Part shown: piece by piece, positions 63,885 to 64,000 of the stretch
Layout: every line of letters begins with the position of its first letter
How positions within the stretch are numbered: the first letter of the stretch is position 1
Origin: Octopus sinensis
Lineage: Eukaryota
Length of the DNA stretch: 64,000 nt
Direction: 5' to 3'
Assembly: GCF_006345805.1 (NCBI RefSeq)
Contig: NC_043026.1
Coordinates: 7,440,001 to 7,504,000, forward strand
Made by a program: the position numbers and the translations under genes
The notes under the pieces: model-generated
The model's input: the letters and a program-made list of their open reading frames with translations, nothing else
Databases searched by the model: none
What the model was told of the DNA's origin: nothing

Positions 63885-63922
63885 TCTTTTACGTTTCGAG
63901 CCTACGCTCTTCAACAGAAAGA
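63885..63922 (-). ncRNA. Degenerate hammerhead-like motif
   Basis: Minus strand TCTTT-CTGTTGA-A GAGC GTAG GCTC-GAAA-CG-TA-AAAGA; A6 changed to U in the core. Confidence 0.4.
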
Positions 63923-64000
63923 TACACAGAAAAGAAACACGGAGAGAAAAAAATTGCGTGTAGGGGCTAATATACATATATATATTATATCGTAGCGATG

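Overview
AT-rich, microsatellite- and SINE-dense animal genomic DNA. The repeat families and C2H2 zinc-finger style point to an octopus (inference). There is one 100-N gap at 47204-47303. Three genes can be modelled: a 12-finger C2H2 zinc-finger gene (+, to 7411); a 13-exon OGFOD1 prolyl 3-hydroxylase (+, 24455-42618); and a bacterial-type M4 zinc metalloprotease resembling vibriolysin/pseudolysin (- strand). The M4 gene is the most striking feature. Its FTP-PepSY-M4-PPC body is one exon (8084-9930), joined across a 6.2-kb SINE-filled GT-AG intron to a 49-nt signal-peptide exon (16143-16191) with a TATA/CCAAT promoter. This makes it a candidate domesticated horizontally acquired secreted protease. 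The window also holds five minimal type-I hammerhead ribozyme-like motifs (Penelope/retrozyme type), many MITEs, mariner/Tc1, Helitron, Penelope, RTE and R4-like remnants, and partial minus-strand genes near the left edge and at about 51.3 kb. All calls are by eye; no database searches were run.
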